Of a stretch of 64,000 nt of DNA, positions 32,266 to 43,668 are shown piece after piece. Position 1 is the first letter of the stretch. Every line of letters starts with the position of its first letter. The notes beneath the pieces were generated by a model. That model saw only the letters and a list, made by a program, of their open reading frames with translations. It was not told the DNA's origin and searched no databases. Position numbers and translations under genes: made by a program. Origin of the DNA: a virus; the IMG/VR virus record IMGVR_UViG_3300033182_001391, positions 7,141 through 71,140 of that record. One strand, written 5' to 3'.

Positions 32266-35200
32266 TTAGAAGGCTTCCATTATACTACGTAATGGATTTC
32301 GAGAAAAATCTGGAGCTCTATCATACATAGTAGTGTTAATACTAGCATTAGTTAACCCACCAATCTCCGAGTTAAATCTATCCAAATCATCTCGACTACC
32401 ATTAACAGAAACCTGATAACTCATACCAGGCGAATAGCCTTGACCAGAAAAACTACCAATTTCAGGAATCCTAAAAGGATAATCTTCTTCATATGCAGAA
32501 CCGCCAGGAAGCAAAGGCGGGCCCTGCATATCGGCATGAGTCCTATCCTTATACGAAGAATACGCAAAGCTTCCTAAGACCAAAGCCCCTATAGCTAAGC
32601 CGGTATTTCTAATGGGCGCGCTTTTCAAGAATCTTCTAAAATCATCTTCTTTAAGTTTATCCCCAATTCTCTTGTATGCTCTTTCACGAACAGTTCCAAT
32701 GCCCTCAGCTTCATCATCCATAGTCTGAAAAATATCTTTTAAGAAAGAATCATCTGCAACTTGCGATAAATCATCGATAACACCAGCAGTAGTTAAATCG
32801 TCAATAATTCCAGGATCAATTCCACGTACATTAGCCCTACTTCTAATTAAAGTTGCCACCCTATCAGCCTCCGCCCTAGAAGCTGCATCAGCTATTTCCT
32901 CAGACCTTCCCACCATAGACAGTAACACTTCTTCAACTGATTGATCATACATACCAGTAGGCCTGAGGGTTTTCAATAATTGTGCAGCCTGCTTATCTAA
33001 ACGATCCGCTTCAAAATCTCCACCCAACATAAAATTAAGCCTTGATTCCACAGCAGATCCTACACCACCAGATAAATCATCCATACGACTATAATAATTA
33101 GCTCTTCTGATAGATTTTATATCCATAATTCTTTTAGATAACTCAAAGGCATTATCGGGATTTGCTTCATTAAATACTGCACTTAAATTTTCTAAACGAA
33201 ATCTTCTACCATGAGACAGGCGGTCAATTTCATTAACCAAGTCCATCATAGACACACCTCTAACCTTGACGGCTTCAGCCATATCATCTAAAACAGCTCG
33301 GCCATGATACTGCAAGGCGCCAACCTTTTCCATAATTTCCTCTTCAGACAGTGAAGCTGCTACGGAATCAACCCTATTATAAATATTTTCCATAAGATCT
33401 GCATGCTTATCCATGATAGCTTTTGCTGCAGCTTGTGTTTCGGAATTGGCAACAAAGTTAGACAGGGTTTCATCTCTACCTATTCTACCTATAGCAGATC
33501 TTCTGACAGCATCAAACATTTCTTGAGCATTGCTAGCATCGACATTTGCTAAAGATGCGTACTTATTTCCCCTAACCAAGCCAATAGTTCTAGATAAATA
33601 ATCCCTTATATCCTGCTCATTTTTATTTTTAAGAACACTTTTCATTTCCGCTATTCTATTTTGCACCAACGTGGAATCAGCTGTAGCCAAGCCAGCTTTC
33701 TGCATTTCTTCCGCACCAGAAATCATTCCCTCCAAAAGAATCTTTAAATCTTCTCCCTTTATTCTAGTGTTCAACAATATTGAATCAAGTCCAGCACCTA
33801 TGTCTTTAACCTCATCCAAAGTTCCAACTCCACCAATAATCTTACCCAAAGAAGAAATTGCCTTTCTACCAACATCATCTAAAGATCCCATTTGACCAGT
33901 TATTTGATTTACTGCAGCCTCTACACCTTTAACATTTAAACTAAAACCACTCTCAGCAATCGCGCTACCTATCGCAGCATTCATTTGCCTTGATGCGCTA
34001 AAGTTAATTGCATAGTCGATAGCAGACTCCTGTGCCAGCAAACCTATTTGAAAGTTCTCAAGCAAAAACTTTCCTGCTTTTTGATTACTTATTTGCAGAT
34101 TACCTAATATATCTTCATACTGATTTAGAAATGATCCAACAGCCATTGATCTATTTACATATAAACCAAGTATATCTGCTCCAGATTCTTGTGCAGCGCG
34201 CGCAGATTCCTGAAATGCCATACTGAAAATAGCTCTGGCACTAGGGTCGCCTGGAAAAAACTTAGATAATTCCTGCATTGCTAGACCAAAATCTCCACCA
34301 GAAGACTGAAGTATATTTTTCATTCTTGAATAAGAAGAAGCTTTAATGTTATCCTTATTTGCCTCTAAGGCAGACATCATTTCATCTGCCAAACTAAAGG
34401 CACCATTTTCAGACATAATCTTATATATACCCTGTCTCGTATACTTGGCATCATCCTCTAAAACATCCTCAATTCTAAGAGAAGTTGCCCCAAACTTTTT
34501 CATTCTATCAAGAACATTAAACTTTTTAGACAAATCACTAACACGAGTTAATCCTTTTGCCTGTAGCCTTTCATAAACACCTATAATTGCTTGCTCTATA
34601 TCATCAGGAATAGCCTGAATATTTTTAGGTGTACCAGAATACATTCCATAAACTCTTCTCATTTCTGGATCTTCTGCTAAAAGTCTATCTTTTAAATCAG
34701 AACCCAAAACATGCTTTAAGGCCCTAAAACGATCTGCACCTGGAGCGTTCTCTGATATCAATTCATCTAATGCATTAGTAAACTGATCACCACTAAATAA
34801 AGCTTGAATAGTTTCAAAGTCCATGCTCATTCTACCAAAAATAACTTCTTCTGGACCAGAAGGCTGTCTAAAAATATTGAAACCTAATCTTCTAATACCT
34901 TTATCGTCCTCAAAAGTACTGATCTTAGGCAAGCCTTTATCGTCTAGGTCAAAACCACCCAAAGCGTGCCTGACATCGCCAACAACACCTGGGGCAAACA
35001 TCATTTTGTGACCTTTAACCCTAAACTTCACAGCCTCAAAAGGCTCGTACACACCCTTAGTTTTTTCATGCTTAATCAATAGACCATTATTAATATCTTT
35101 TATACCACCAATTTTTTCATATCCGGTACCCAAGATAGGATTAATGTTTTTAGACCCATAAGAAATAGCTTCAGTATCAATAGCAAAACGATAAACATCA

Positions 35201-37089
35201 GGAAGGACTGCTTGAACAAATCCATCCTTTTCCCTGAAGGCTTGAGAAGCCATCATGGAAGCAAGAAGGTTCATCATTTTTGGAGACTGTCTTGGACCAA
35301 CACCGCTACGATGTAACTCTAAAATTTGTCTTGCATACTCTCTATTTCTTAAAGCTGAATACCTTAAATGAGGAGCAATCATATCGACATCTTCACTAGC
35401 AGACTTTTCTAACATTGCTTTTAGCCTTTGTGGCAATACATTATTATCTATAGAGCTTTGAAACTCTGAAATTATGGAATTAATCCTACCCCTTATAGCT
35501 TGCTGAGTTTCAAGGTCTGCAAAATACTCTGGCTGAAAAGCAGTCAAAACAGGGTCAGCATAAACCAGGCCCCTAGATCGTCCCTGCAATATGTCATCTG
35601 CAAGGTCGCCAAAACCGCCCAAAATAAGAGACTCCTGATCACCCATAAGACCAAGGTCATCCTTTAATGAGAACTTACTAATAATCCCAGCGTACTTATT
35701 TAACCTAGGATCTAAATCCGTTATATGAAACGCTGTTTTTACATCACCTCTGCCAGCAATTCTACCTCTACCAGTAATCTGATCACCATGCTTTAATCCT
35801 AGATCTATACTTTTTAATTGCTGATCAATTTCAGCGACTTGTTGTATAGCTTGCTTTTTTGCATCTCCTGTCAAACTCGCAATTCTTCCTTCTAATCTAT
35901 TTCTTTCTGATTGAAGACTATTTCTATAATTCTTTAAATGCCTAGAGTTAAGAACATCTGAACCATCAAAACCATATTCAATAGTTTTAAATATTTGCTC
36001 TACTAATCTGACTTGTTGTTTTATAATTTTTTCACGATCAGCAATATTTTTAAGCTTAGGATCATTCTCAATACTTTTTATCAATTCATTGAATAAATCT
36101 TTACTATTGCCAACACCTTTAGTTATAAGACTATTTATTCTATCTTTAAGCCCATTAGAATCTATATCACTCATATATTTACTTAAGAACTCTGTTGGAT
36201 CAGCTTTAGCGTAATAAATATCAAGATCTCGCTTTAAATTTTGACCAGCAAGCTTTTTCAGCAAATCAAACTGAGGATCAACATATAAAAATGCCTCATT
36301 TAAGTTCTTTGCATTTTTGCCTATAAATCTAGATAATTCACTACCAGCCAAAGAAACCTCACGCTCAGCCAAAAAAGCCCTAGCCCTCTTAGGTATCTTC
36401 ATTAAGGCTTTAGATAGATCTGACGTGCTTCCACTTTTAAGAATATCAGTAAATCTTTGAGAATCCAACATGTCATGACCAGTAACAGAAAGAAGAAGAT
36501 TAGTCTGATAACTATTTAAAAGATTTTTACCAGCCCTAAACTGAACAACACGACCACCCTCGTCATCAACTACAGTTAACCCATGAAGACTACCACGCTC
36601 CCGCATAACCCTAATTCTTTCAGCAATCTGCTTAGCATTAGACTCACCCTTACGAGCATGCATAGTCAATATGTCCATATTGCCATTCTTCACTAATTCA
36701 TCAACATCAATACCTGCATCCCTTAAAAGCTGAAGATCTTGAGAACCGATAGCACCAAGTTGATTAATTACAGAACTAAACATAGCCGCGGCAGCAGAAG
36801 TTTTATTACCGGCAAAAGATCTACCCCTGTTCACCATTTTTGCACGAACTGAAGAAACAGAAGTTAGCTCAGTTAAATTTAAAGGCTGAACCTCCCTTAC
36901 GGCAGAATCAAGATTTGCATGAACCTTGCCCGTAACAGAAGAAATAAACACAACATTGTCACCATCTAGGTCGGCCCTAATAATATTGCCCCTACCATAA
37001 GTAGAGGCACGCAACATAGACTGAGCTGCCATCAACTTTTCGGCAGGAGTCTTATACCTATTGTAATAATCTGTAACTCTAGTTGCCAT
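32266..37089 (-). CDS. Large tape-measure-adjacent virion protein, candidate divergent two-barrel (DPBB) RNA polymerase (1607 aa)
   Basis: The ORF is secure; the function is inferred from motifs GFDGSDVL, QITGRG..GDVK, SKFSLK, MMF..LGGFDLDDK and IFRQPS, plus a C-terminal hydrophobic helix. Confidence 0.5.
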   Translation of the reverse strand: MATRVTDYYNRYKTPAEKLMAAQSMLRASTYGRGNIIRADLDGDNVVFISSVTGKVHANLDSAVREVQPLNLTELTSVSSVRAKMVNRGRSFAGNKTSAAAAMFSSVINQLGAIGSQDLQLLRDAGIDVDELVKNGNMDILTMHARKGESNAKQIAERIRVMRERGSLHGLTVVDDEGGRVVQFRAGKNLLNSYQTNLLLSVTGHDMLDSQRFTDILKSGSTSDLSKALMKIPKRARAFLAEREVSLAGSELSRFIGKNAKNLNEAFLYVDPQFDLLKKLAGQNLKRDLDIYYAKADPTEFLSKYMSDIDSNGLKDRINSLITKGVGNSKDLFNELIKSIENDPKLKNIADREKIIKQQVRLVEQIFKTIEYGFDGSDVLNSRHLKNYRNSLQSERNRLEGRIASLTGDAKKQAIQQVAEIDQQLKSIDLGLKHGDQITGRGRIAGRGDVKTAFHITDLDPRLNKYAGIISKFSLKDDLGLMGDQESLILGGFGDLADDILQGRSRGLVYADPVLTAFQPEYFADLETQQAIRGRINSIISEFQSSIDNNVLPQRLKAMLEKSASEDVDMIAPHLRYSALRNREYARQILELHRSGVGPRQSPKMMNLLASMMASQAFREKDGFVQAVLPDVYRFAIDTEAISYGSKNINPILGTGYEKIGGIKDINNGLLIKHEKTKGVYEPFEAVKFRVKGHKMMFAPGVVGDVRHALGGFDLDDKGLPKISTFEDDKGIRRLGFNIFRQPSGPEEVIFGRMSMDFETIQALFSGDQFTNALDELISENAPGADRFRALKHVLGSDLKDRLLAEDPEMRRVYGMYSGTPKNIQAIPDDIEQAIIGVYERLQAKGLTRVSDLSKKFNVLDRMKKFGATSLRIEDVLEDDAKYTRQGIYKIMSENGAFSLADEMMSALEANKDNIKASSYSRMKNILQSSGGDFGLAMQELSKFFPGDPSARAIFSMAFQESARAAQESGADILGLYVNRSMAVGSFLNQYEDILGNLQISNQKAGKFLLENFQIGLLAQESAIDYAINFSASRQMNAAIGSAIAESGFSLNVKGVEAAVNQITGQMGSLDDVGRKAISSLGKIIGGVGTLDEVKDIGAGLDSILLNTRIKGEDLKILLEGMISGAEEMQKAGLATADSTLVQNRIAEMKSVLKNKNEQDIRDYLSRTIGLVRGNKYASLANVDASNAQEMFDAVRRSAIGRIGRDETLSNFVANSETQAAAKAIMDKHADLMENIYNRVDSVAASLSEEEIMEKVGALQYHGRAVLDDMAEAVKVRGVSMMDLVNEIDRLSHGRRFRLENLSAVFNEANPDNAFELSKRIMDIKSIRRANYYSRMDDLSGGVGSAVESRLNFMLGGDFEADRLDKQAAQLLKTLRPTGMYDQSVEEVLLSMVGRSEEIADAASRAEADRVATLIRSRANVRGIDPGIIDDLTTAGVIDDLSQVADDSFLKDIFQTMDDEAEGIGTVRERAYKRIGDKLKEDDFRRFLKSAPIRNTGLAIGALVLGSFAYSSYKDRTHADMQGPPLLPGGSAYEEDYPFRIPEIGSFSGQGYSPGMSYQVSVNGSRDDLDRFNSEIGGLTNASINTTMYDRAPDFSRNPLRSIMEAF

Positions 37090-40000
37090 TATCCGACTCC
37101 AGCGTAAACATTAACTTGATCGGAACCAAAAGGAGTCATAACAGGAGTGACACTCCCAGACAACCCCATGCTAGACATCATTTGTCTTATATTATCCAAC
37201 ATAGAATTATTTCTGGTCCCACCAAAAATTTCAGGATAAGAAGGGTTAGCTAAATTAGCTTGCTTTATCTGTTGAGGATAGTAACCCATTTGAGACATTT
37301 CTAGACCCATAGACTGACCCATCTTAATCTTAACATGATCTAAATTAGTATTAGGATGCCAACCCTCCCATGACGCATCAGGTAATTCGTGCCTACTGAA
37401 ATACTCTTGTAACTCTGGCCTCTTTTCAACTCTCATACCCCAGGCAGCCTGATAAATTCTTCTCTCCAATCTTCCCGCAGTAGAAAGAATTCTCTCCCTA
37501 TCTTCAACAGGAGCACCTATCATAGCCTTAAAATGCTCTCTCTTTCTTTTCGGAACAGCAAGAGCTAAAGTATCAACATCTCCACCATATATATCTGCAC
37601 CATACATTGTTCTCTTAGCTGCCATTCTAAACTGAACAGCAGCCCTACCATTTCCGGCAGCTTGCGCCTCGGCAGCTAGCTTAGTGTTCTTAACATAATT
37701 TAATATATCAGTATACTCTTCAAGTGCTAATTCCTTTTTTCTTTCTTGCGGAAGAAATCTGTCACCAGTAACTGCCTCTGCTACATTGCCGACCAAAGAA
37801 GCACCAACTCCGACTGCACCGCCAACAACCGAACCAAAAAGCCTAGCCCTAGGAGTTCTAGCAAAAAGTGCACCTGCGGTAGCAAGAGTAGCACCGGCAA
37901 CAACAGGATTTCTCTGAGTAGCCCTATTAACCATCGGCTCAATAAAGCTCTCATAAGGCCTACTCCATTCGGGGAAAGTAGCACCATAAACATTTCTTCT
38001 TTCCCAATCCTCTACCGCATTTCTTTTACCACCAAACTTATGAACTATAAAGTTGTCAGTATGAGCAATGTACTCACCAACTCTACCTAAGGCATACTGC
38101 GTGCCACTTATGCCAAGCTCTTCAGGACTAGAACCCTTATACCTGTAATCTTCAAAATCATATTTTTTAGTTGTAGTCTCAACTTGAGATCTAATATCCT
38201 GGACTCTAATTCTCTCTTCAGGAGAAAGACCCATTTTATCTATCTGTCTATTTAAAGTTTTAAACTGCTTAGAGTAAGGAGCAACATCAGCAAGAATATC
38301 CAACTGATTTACTGGACCATACCTATTAATATTATCGCCATAAAGTTGATTAAATCTTTCATAACCAACTCCAGGCAGTCTTATCTCACCCTCTTGAACT
38401 TTAGTGAAAGGATCACCAGTTTTAAAATTAGTAAAATAATCTGCACCCGGCAAGAAAGGATGCTGCATACCCATAGTGTTAGCTATCGGGTTAATGTAAT
38501 CAATTCCCTTTCTATCTTTGGGAACAAATCTTCTTACAATTTCAGAGAACTCTAAATTTCCTAGAGCATCTCTTGATGGTAAAGGAACGTCACCTAAACC
38601 GCCAAGATTTAAATCCCAGAAAGAACGAGAAGACCCATAAGCTTTAGAGGCAGATTGAAGCACGGATCTCTGCGGCTCAAAATCTCCCTCACCGAAACCA
38701 AAAGCCTCTCTCATAGAAGCAAATCCGAAGCCGTAAATACCAGCCATTTCCTGAATTCTATAACCTATCTCACCAGCCTGATAAGCCAAAGATTCTGGAC
38801 CTATTGGTGCACCCGCAGCAATAAGATTAGGCTGCATAACACCAGAAACCTTAGGTGGACCATAAGAAGCACTAATTAAGCCGGCATTAAAATCAGATAT
38901 ACCAGATCTCACACTTCCTGCCGCAAGGTTTCTGCTTCCAGCATTAGCAGCAAGCGCAGCATTAGTCTGAGAAATACCGAAGCCGCCAACACCACCACCT
39001 ACAGCCGTACCAACAGAAATTGGTGCAGCTCCGGCTATACCGGCGCCGTACCCGAATCCACCAGTTCCAGTAGCCATATAGGCGGAAGCATCAAAAGCAC
39101 CAAACTCTCCTGCTCTAACATAATTAGCAAGTCCTGCGGCGGTTTCCTCTTCGTGCATACGAATTTGTGGCTTGAGAATCTTACCTATAGTCGCATTTGC
39201 TATAGGTGTCATAGGTCCAAAGGGTCCACTAAAATATTCGCCAGTTACAGGATAAGGCCTATCTTCATAATGCTTTCTTTCAAATCTGTAAGGATCTAAA
39301 GGCCTTAAGGGAGAGATGTCATTATAGAATAAAAACTTCTCCATAGGACTTCCATAAGTGTCGCTAGTAAAGAGCGCGCCACCTTGCAGCTTTCTGTACC
39401 AAGAAGGACGATAATACATAACCTTACCGCCCTCAAAAGGAGTATTGCCCAATGGCCAGAATCTACCCTGCCTAATAGGAACTTCACCCTCAACTAGCTG
39501 CTCCTTCTTTTCCGAATATGTCATACCACCAGGAGTAATGCCGGCAGCAAGTGCCTGCCCTTCAACAACACCCCTAGCAATATTTCCCATTATTAAAGGA
39601 GAATAAACTCTCTCACCAGTTTGATCCTCTCCATTAACCATTCCACCCAAAGTTCTATCAACAGTAAAGGCAGTTGTCCCAGCAGCATATAGTGGCAGAA
39701 CTCTCTTACCAACCATTCCTCTAGCAAAAAGATCTAATGGCCCCTTAAAGTCTGATACATCTAACTGCATACCTAAAGTACCGAAATATCTATTCAATCT
39801 CTCAACAGAGTGGGCAACAGGTACAGAGGCACCAGAATACGCTGCTGGATTAGAATATGTATTTATACCCAATGCGCTAGCGATAGCAGCAAATGGATCT
39901 CTACCAAAAGTAGTTCCAAAAGTAGGAACTGCGGTAAAACCGCCAGAGCTGCCTAAGGCATCAACGGATAGATCATCCATCTCATAGGGTGCGACACCAA

Positions 40001-43000
40001 ACCTTCTCTTAAGAGGAGAAATTAATGGAGAGAATTTTTTCCTTATAGAACTGCTGACTTGCCCTATCTCACCCTTTGTAAAGGGATCAAATAACCTTCC
40101 TAATTCAGGAACGGCACCGACATGACTTCTTAACTCAGCTATATTCCTACGGGCATTCAAAGTCCCAGTCGCAGATCCCCTAAAGGTACTAAATGCACTA
40201 ATATTAAATAGTGTTGAAAGACCTGCTGCTTGAGCTTCTGTTCTTTGAGCCGAACTAATAACGCCTCTTGCAACTAAATCATCTACAGCTTTTTGAAGAT
40301 TAGTAAGGTTTGAAATCATATCAACCTTACCCGTCCCGGCATTTAGCATCGGGTTGACTTGAGATATATATCTAAATATTTCGTTCTTTAACTCATCTAA
40401 CCTTGTATTAATAGTTGGAGATTTATCAAACCTTCTAGATACCGCACCAAGGTCTGCATCTTGCAGAATATTTCTTATCCTTGAACCAGATGTCAAAATA
40501 TAATCAGGATCATACCCTGAAGCTCTTAGCTGTTTTGCCACCATAGATTCTGCAGCAAGTATGTCTTCAGCAAAAGAAACAACCTGAGATTGAGACTGAA
40601 GATCACTAACCCTTCTACCCAGGTAGCTAAATGCTTGAGGACTTCTCTTTTCCAACTCCTGAATGACCGGCATAGGTACACCGTACTCAAAAGATCTTCT
40701 TCTTAAAGAGTCATACGCCCTTATTATGTCCTCTTCTGCAAAATCATCTAAACCAAGTTGTCTCGAACCATACTTTACTCTTTCACCCTTAAGAAGTTTA
40801 GATAGAACAACTGGGTTTCCAGGATCATAAGATCTTCTATTGAATCTTGATGCAAGACCAAAAAGAGAATTAGGCTGCTCAGAATCTATACTTAAACGCC
40901 TCTTAAATCTAAGCGCATTTTCTTCACCAAGAATCTTATTTAAAAATCTAGATCCACTATTGCCCTTAATCTGATCTATGGTCTCACCCTCCATGCCTGA
41001 GGCAAGACGGGCCTGCCTAGAGAGTAGGTCTGCAGAATTAGTTGGAACACCTCTGTAAGCTCCCTCTAAAGTTCTGCCAAAAACAGCTCCAGACATTTGA
41101 TCTTTTTCATACGCAATTATATTACCTTTTGTTCCACCCTTCTTAAACCATATACCAAAATCTCCCCTACTCTGACCACCCAAGAATGGCTGAACATCTC
41201 TACCAGACATATATTGAACAGGAGACCTTCTAGCCATCTCGCTGAAAGATCTATAACCAAAGAGATCAGCCGGATTAAAACCTAAAATTGGAATCTGAAA
41301 CTCTGACGCAAAAAAGTTAGCAGTTCTGCTAAAGGTAGACTTTACTGCAGTAAAGTCTAAAAGCTTGCCGCTAGCGGTTTTATATACTCCGTCTAATTTT
41401 GAAAAACCTATACTACTAGATACTGGATCGTCAAGAGCCTGTCTAACAGCTAGCTGGTTAACTATCTTTTGCTCCTGAGGACGCATATGCTTAAAGAATC
41501 CGCGTGACTGCGCCTCGTTTACAGTAACCGACTGAAGGCCAAAAAGATTAAAACCTCCACCCATAACACCAGAAGTCATCTGACGATTCTTAATTAAAAA
41601 TGCTCTAAGATCAACAAAATTATTAGGATCAAAACCCTTATTAGCCAAAGCTTTATTAACAACATCATCCGCCACCAAAGAACCATCAGACTTCTTCAAA
41701 GGCACACCGAGAACCTGAGCGGTTTTTCTCTGAAGGAACTGTTGCTTAGCCGCAGAAAGATTATGTACACCAACAAAATCTTGATACTGAGCCTTTTGAG
41801 GCCTCATTACTGTACTAGCTATATCTGCTAAATCATTGCGATGAAAAGTGTTCCAATTTTTCTCAATAGAATTCTTTAAATTCTTTTGAAAATCAGCGGA
41901 TAGATAAACACCTTTGGCGTCTTCTATTGCATTAAGAAGAGCCTTATTGGCATCTTGGCCAAGAGCAGCTTCTACTGCACTACCATTTTTAATTCCTCTA
42001 TATCTCTTTAATATAGTAGAAGCGAAATCTTCAGCTATTTCCTGTTCAGTTGATCCAGCTCCATATATTTTAGTCTTACCAATGGAAACAATATTTGTTG
42101 CATTTGATCCAGGCTTAGGAACATTTACCTTAAGGTAGTCAACAAACTGGCGTGCGTCTGTTTTACCAACACCGGTAGAAATTAATTGCTGCTCAATAAG
42201 ATCCTTAAATGCATCTCTTTTTTGCCCCATGGCAAAATCGCTAACAGCAAAAGGCTTATCTCCAGGACCACCAGCACCCAAAACTCTTAACCCAGTAGCA
42301 AGGTCGGAAATCCTACTCTTATGTTGAGATTGTATTTTATTTATAGAACTTAAAAGATCATCTGAACTACTGAATATATGTTTTTGCTGCGAAAGAATCC
42401 TATTGAACGCAACAGAATTCTCCATCGCATCATACGCAAAACCTGTCTTTTTAAACTCTTTAGCACCAACCTTAAGGGACTCACCTATACCCCTATAGGC
42501 AGGGATTAAATCTAATATTCCCCTATATGTTTGCTGGCTTGCAGGATCGGTATAACCAAAAACAGTAGCCTTAAAATTAGTTGCCCTAATCTGCCTCTTA
42601 GAAGCTCCAGCAGCCCTAGCTGCCTTCAGGGCATTCTCCCTACCTGCTCTTAAGCTATGTAAAGTTTGAACCAAACCAGTTTGATTAGTAAAAGCATCAG
42701 CAGCAGCGCTCAAAGCGCCAGACGATTGAGCAGACGTTCTCAAGAACTTATCTGTTAAAGTTGCAAAATCATGACCAACTTCTCGCAACAACTCTGTTGT
42801 GTCTATAAAGTTTTCATGCATAACCTTCTTAAAACCGGTTAAACGACGCATGTCGTTAACAGAATAACGAAGAGTATGTAAAGAAGATCTTCCTGCGCTT
42901 GCAGCAGCTCCAGCAAACTCAAACGGCAAGATCATTGTTGCGAGATTAGTTACAGACTGCTTAGTAAAATCAGCTATAACATCTGCAGGGTTATACCATT

Positions 43001-43655
43001 TAATCTTTCTGTCTTCAGCTTCTCGCTCACCAAAAAGCGGATCAGTAATCCCCCTTTGAACACCATACATAGCTGGAAGCTCATACGGCAGCCTTCTACC
43101 AGCCCTAACTAAACGCTGCTGTAAAGCATCCCTAAATTCCCAGACTGCCGCAGGCTCATTAAAACCTCCAGTACCAGCCTGCTGCTTTTCTGCCTTAGTT
43201 AAAAGTGTATAGCTAAATCTTTCGCTTTTAACACCCTCATATCCGGTAAGAAACTCATCTCCACGAGTACCTTTTATCGTATGAATAATTTTCGAATAAG
43301 GATCATCTGGAGAATCTATCTGACGAGTAACACCCTGAAGCTCATCAAGATGCCTCCTTATATCAGTAACACTCTTAACAATAGAAGTTGCATAAGTGGA
43401 ACCATCATCAGCTTTTTGCTGAACAAACTTAGCTAATTTAATACCGCCACTTCTAGTCAGCTTAGACGCAGCAACAGCACCCACCATAGTGAGCGCCGTA
43501 GCAGAAAAGAACCGCATTATAGGATGATCATTTAAGGCCCTAGCAACAAAACCAGAGTTAGGCGCTACACCCTCAGTCTCCCCTTCGTTAATGGGTACAT
43601 CACGAGAAGTAACGCTAAAACCTAAATTATGTATTGGGCCAGGATCGCGTATCAA
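37089..43655 (-). CDS. Tape measure protein (2188 aa)
   Basis: Follows the tail chaperones; A/G/R-rich and helical with Gly-rich hydrophobic segments; TTG start with AAGGAG RBS. Confidence 0.75.
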   Translation of the reverse strand: MIRDPGPIHNLGFSVTSRDVPINEGETEGVAPNSGFVARALNDHPIMRFFSATALTMVGAVAASKLTRSGGIKLAKFVQQKADDGSTYATSIVKSVTDIRRHLDELQGVTRQIDSPDDPYSKIIHTIKGTRGDEFLTGYEGVKSERFSYTLLTKAEKQQAGTGGFNEPAAVWEFRDALQQRLVRAGRRLPYELPAMYGVQRGITDPLFGEREAEDRKIKWYNPADVIADFTKQSVTNLATMILPFEFAGAAASAGRSSLHTLRYSVNDMRRLTGFKKVMHENFIDTTELLREVGHDFATLTDKFLRTSAQSSGALSAAADAFTNQTGLVQTLHSLRAGRENALKAARAAGASKRQIRATNFKATVFGYTDPASQQTYRGILDLIPAYRGIGESLKVGAKEFKKTGFAYDAMENSVAFNRILSQQKHIFSSSDDLLSSINKIQSQHKSRISDLATGLRVLGAGGPGDKPFAVSDFAMGQKRDAFKDLIEQQLISTGVGKTDARQFVDYLKVNVPKPGSNATNIVSIGKTKIYGAGSTEQEIAEDFASTILKRYRGIKNGSAVEAALGQDANKALLNAIEDAKGVYLSADFQKNLKNSIEKNWNTFHRNDLADIASTVMRPQKAQYQDFVGVHNLSAAKQQFLQRKTAQVLGVPLKKSDGSLVADDVVNKALANKGFDPNNFVDLRAFLIKNRQMTSGVMGGGFNLFGLQSVTVNEAQSRGFFKHMRPQEQKIVNQLAVRQALDDPVSSSIGFSKLDGVYKTASGKLLDFTAVKSTFSRTANFFASEFQIPILGFNPADLFGYRSFSEMARRSPVQYMSGRDVQPFLGGQSRGDFGIWFKKGGTKGNIIAYEKDQMSGAVFGRTLEGAYRGVPTNSADLLSRQARLASGMEGETIDQIKGNSGSRFLNKILGEENALRFKRRLSIDSEQPNSLFGLASRFNRRSYDPGNPVVLSKLLKGERVKYGSRQLGLDDFAEEDIIRAYDSLRRRSFEYGVPMPVIQELEKRSPQAFSYLGRRVSDLQSQSQVVSFAEDILAAESMVAKQLRASGYDPDYILTSGSRIRNILQDADLGAVSRRFDKSPTINTRLDELKNEIFRYISQVNPMLNAGTGKVDMISNLTNLQKAVDDLVARGVISSAQRTEAQAAGLSTLFNISAFSTFRGSATGTLNARRNIAELRSHVGAVPELGRLFDPFTKGEIGQVSSSIRKKFSPLISPLKRRFGVAPYEMDDLSVDALGSSGGFTAVPTFGTTFGRDPFAAIASALGINTYSNPAAYSGASVPVAHSVERLNRYFGTLGMQLDVSDFKGPLDLFARGMVGKRVLPLYAAGTTAFTVDRTLGGMVNGEDQTGERVYSPLIMGNIARGVVEGQALAAGITPGGMTYSEKKEQLVEGEVPIRQGRFWPLGNTPFEGGKVMYYRPSWYRKLQGGALFTSDTYGSPMEKFLFYNDISPLRPLDPYRFERKHYEDRPYPVTGEYFSGPFGPMTPIANATIGKILKPQIRMHEEETAAGLANYVRAGEFGAFDASAYMATGTGGFGYGAGIAGAAPISVGTAVGGGVGGFGISQTNAALAANAGSRNLAAGSVRSGISDFNAGLISASYGPPKVSGVMQPNLIAAGAPIGPESLAYQAGEIGYRIQEMAGIYGFGFASMREAFGFGEGDFEPQRSVLQSASKAYGSSRSFWDLNLGGLGDVPLPSRDALGNLEFSEIVRRFVPKDRKGIDYINPIANTMGMQHPFLPGADYFTNFKTGDPFTKVQEGEIRLPGVGYERFNQLYGDNINRYGPVNQLDILADVAPYSKQFKTLNRQIDKMGLSPEERIRVQDIRSQVETTTKKYDFEDYRYKGSSPEELGISGTQYALGRVGEYIAHTDNFIVHKFGGKRNAVEDWERRNVYGATFPEWSRPYESFIEPMVNRATQRNPVVAGATLATAGALFARTPRARLFGSVVGGAVGVGASLVGNVAEAVTGDRFLPQERKKELALEEYTDILNYVKNTKLAAEAQAAGNGRAAVQFRMAAKRTMYGADIYGGDVDTLALAVPKRKREHFKAMIGAPVEDRERILSTAGRLERRIYQAAWGMRVEKRPELQEYFSRHELPDASWEGWHPNTNLDHVKIKMGQSMGLEMSQMGYYPQQIKQANLANPSYPEIFGGTRNNSMLDNIRQMMSSMGLSGSVTPVMTPFGSDQVNVYAGVG

Positions 43656-43668
43656 CCCTACTCCTTAA

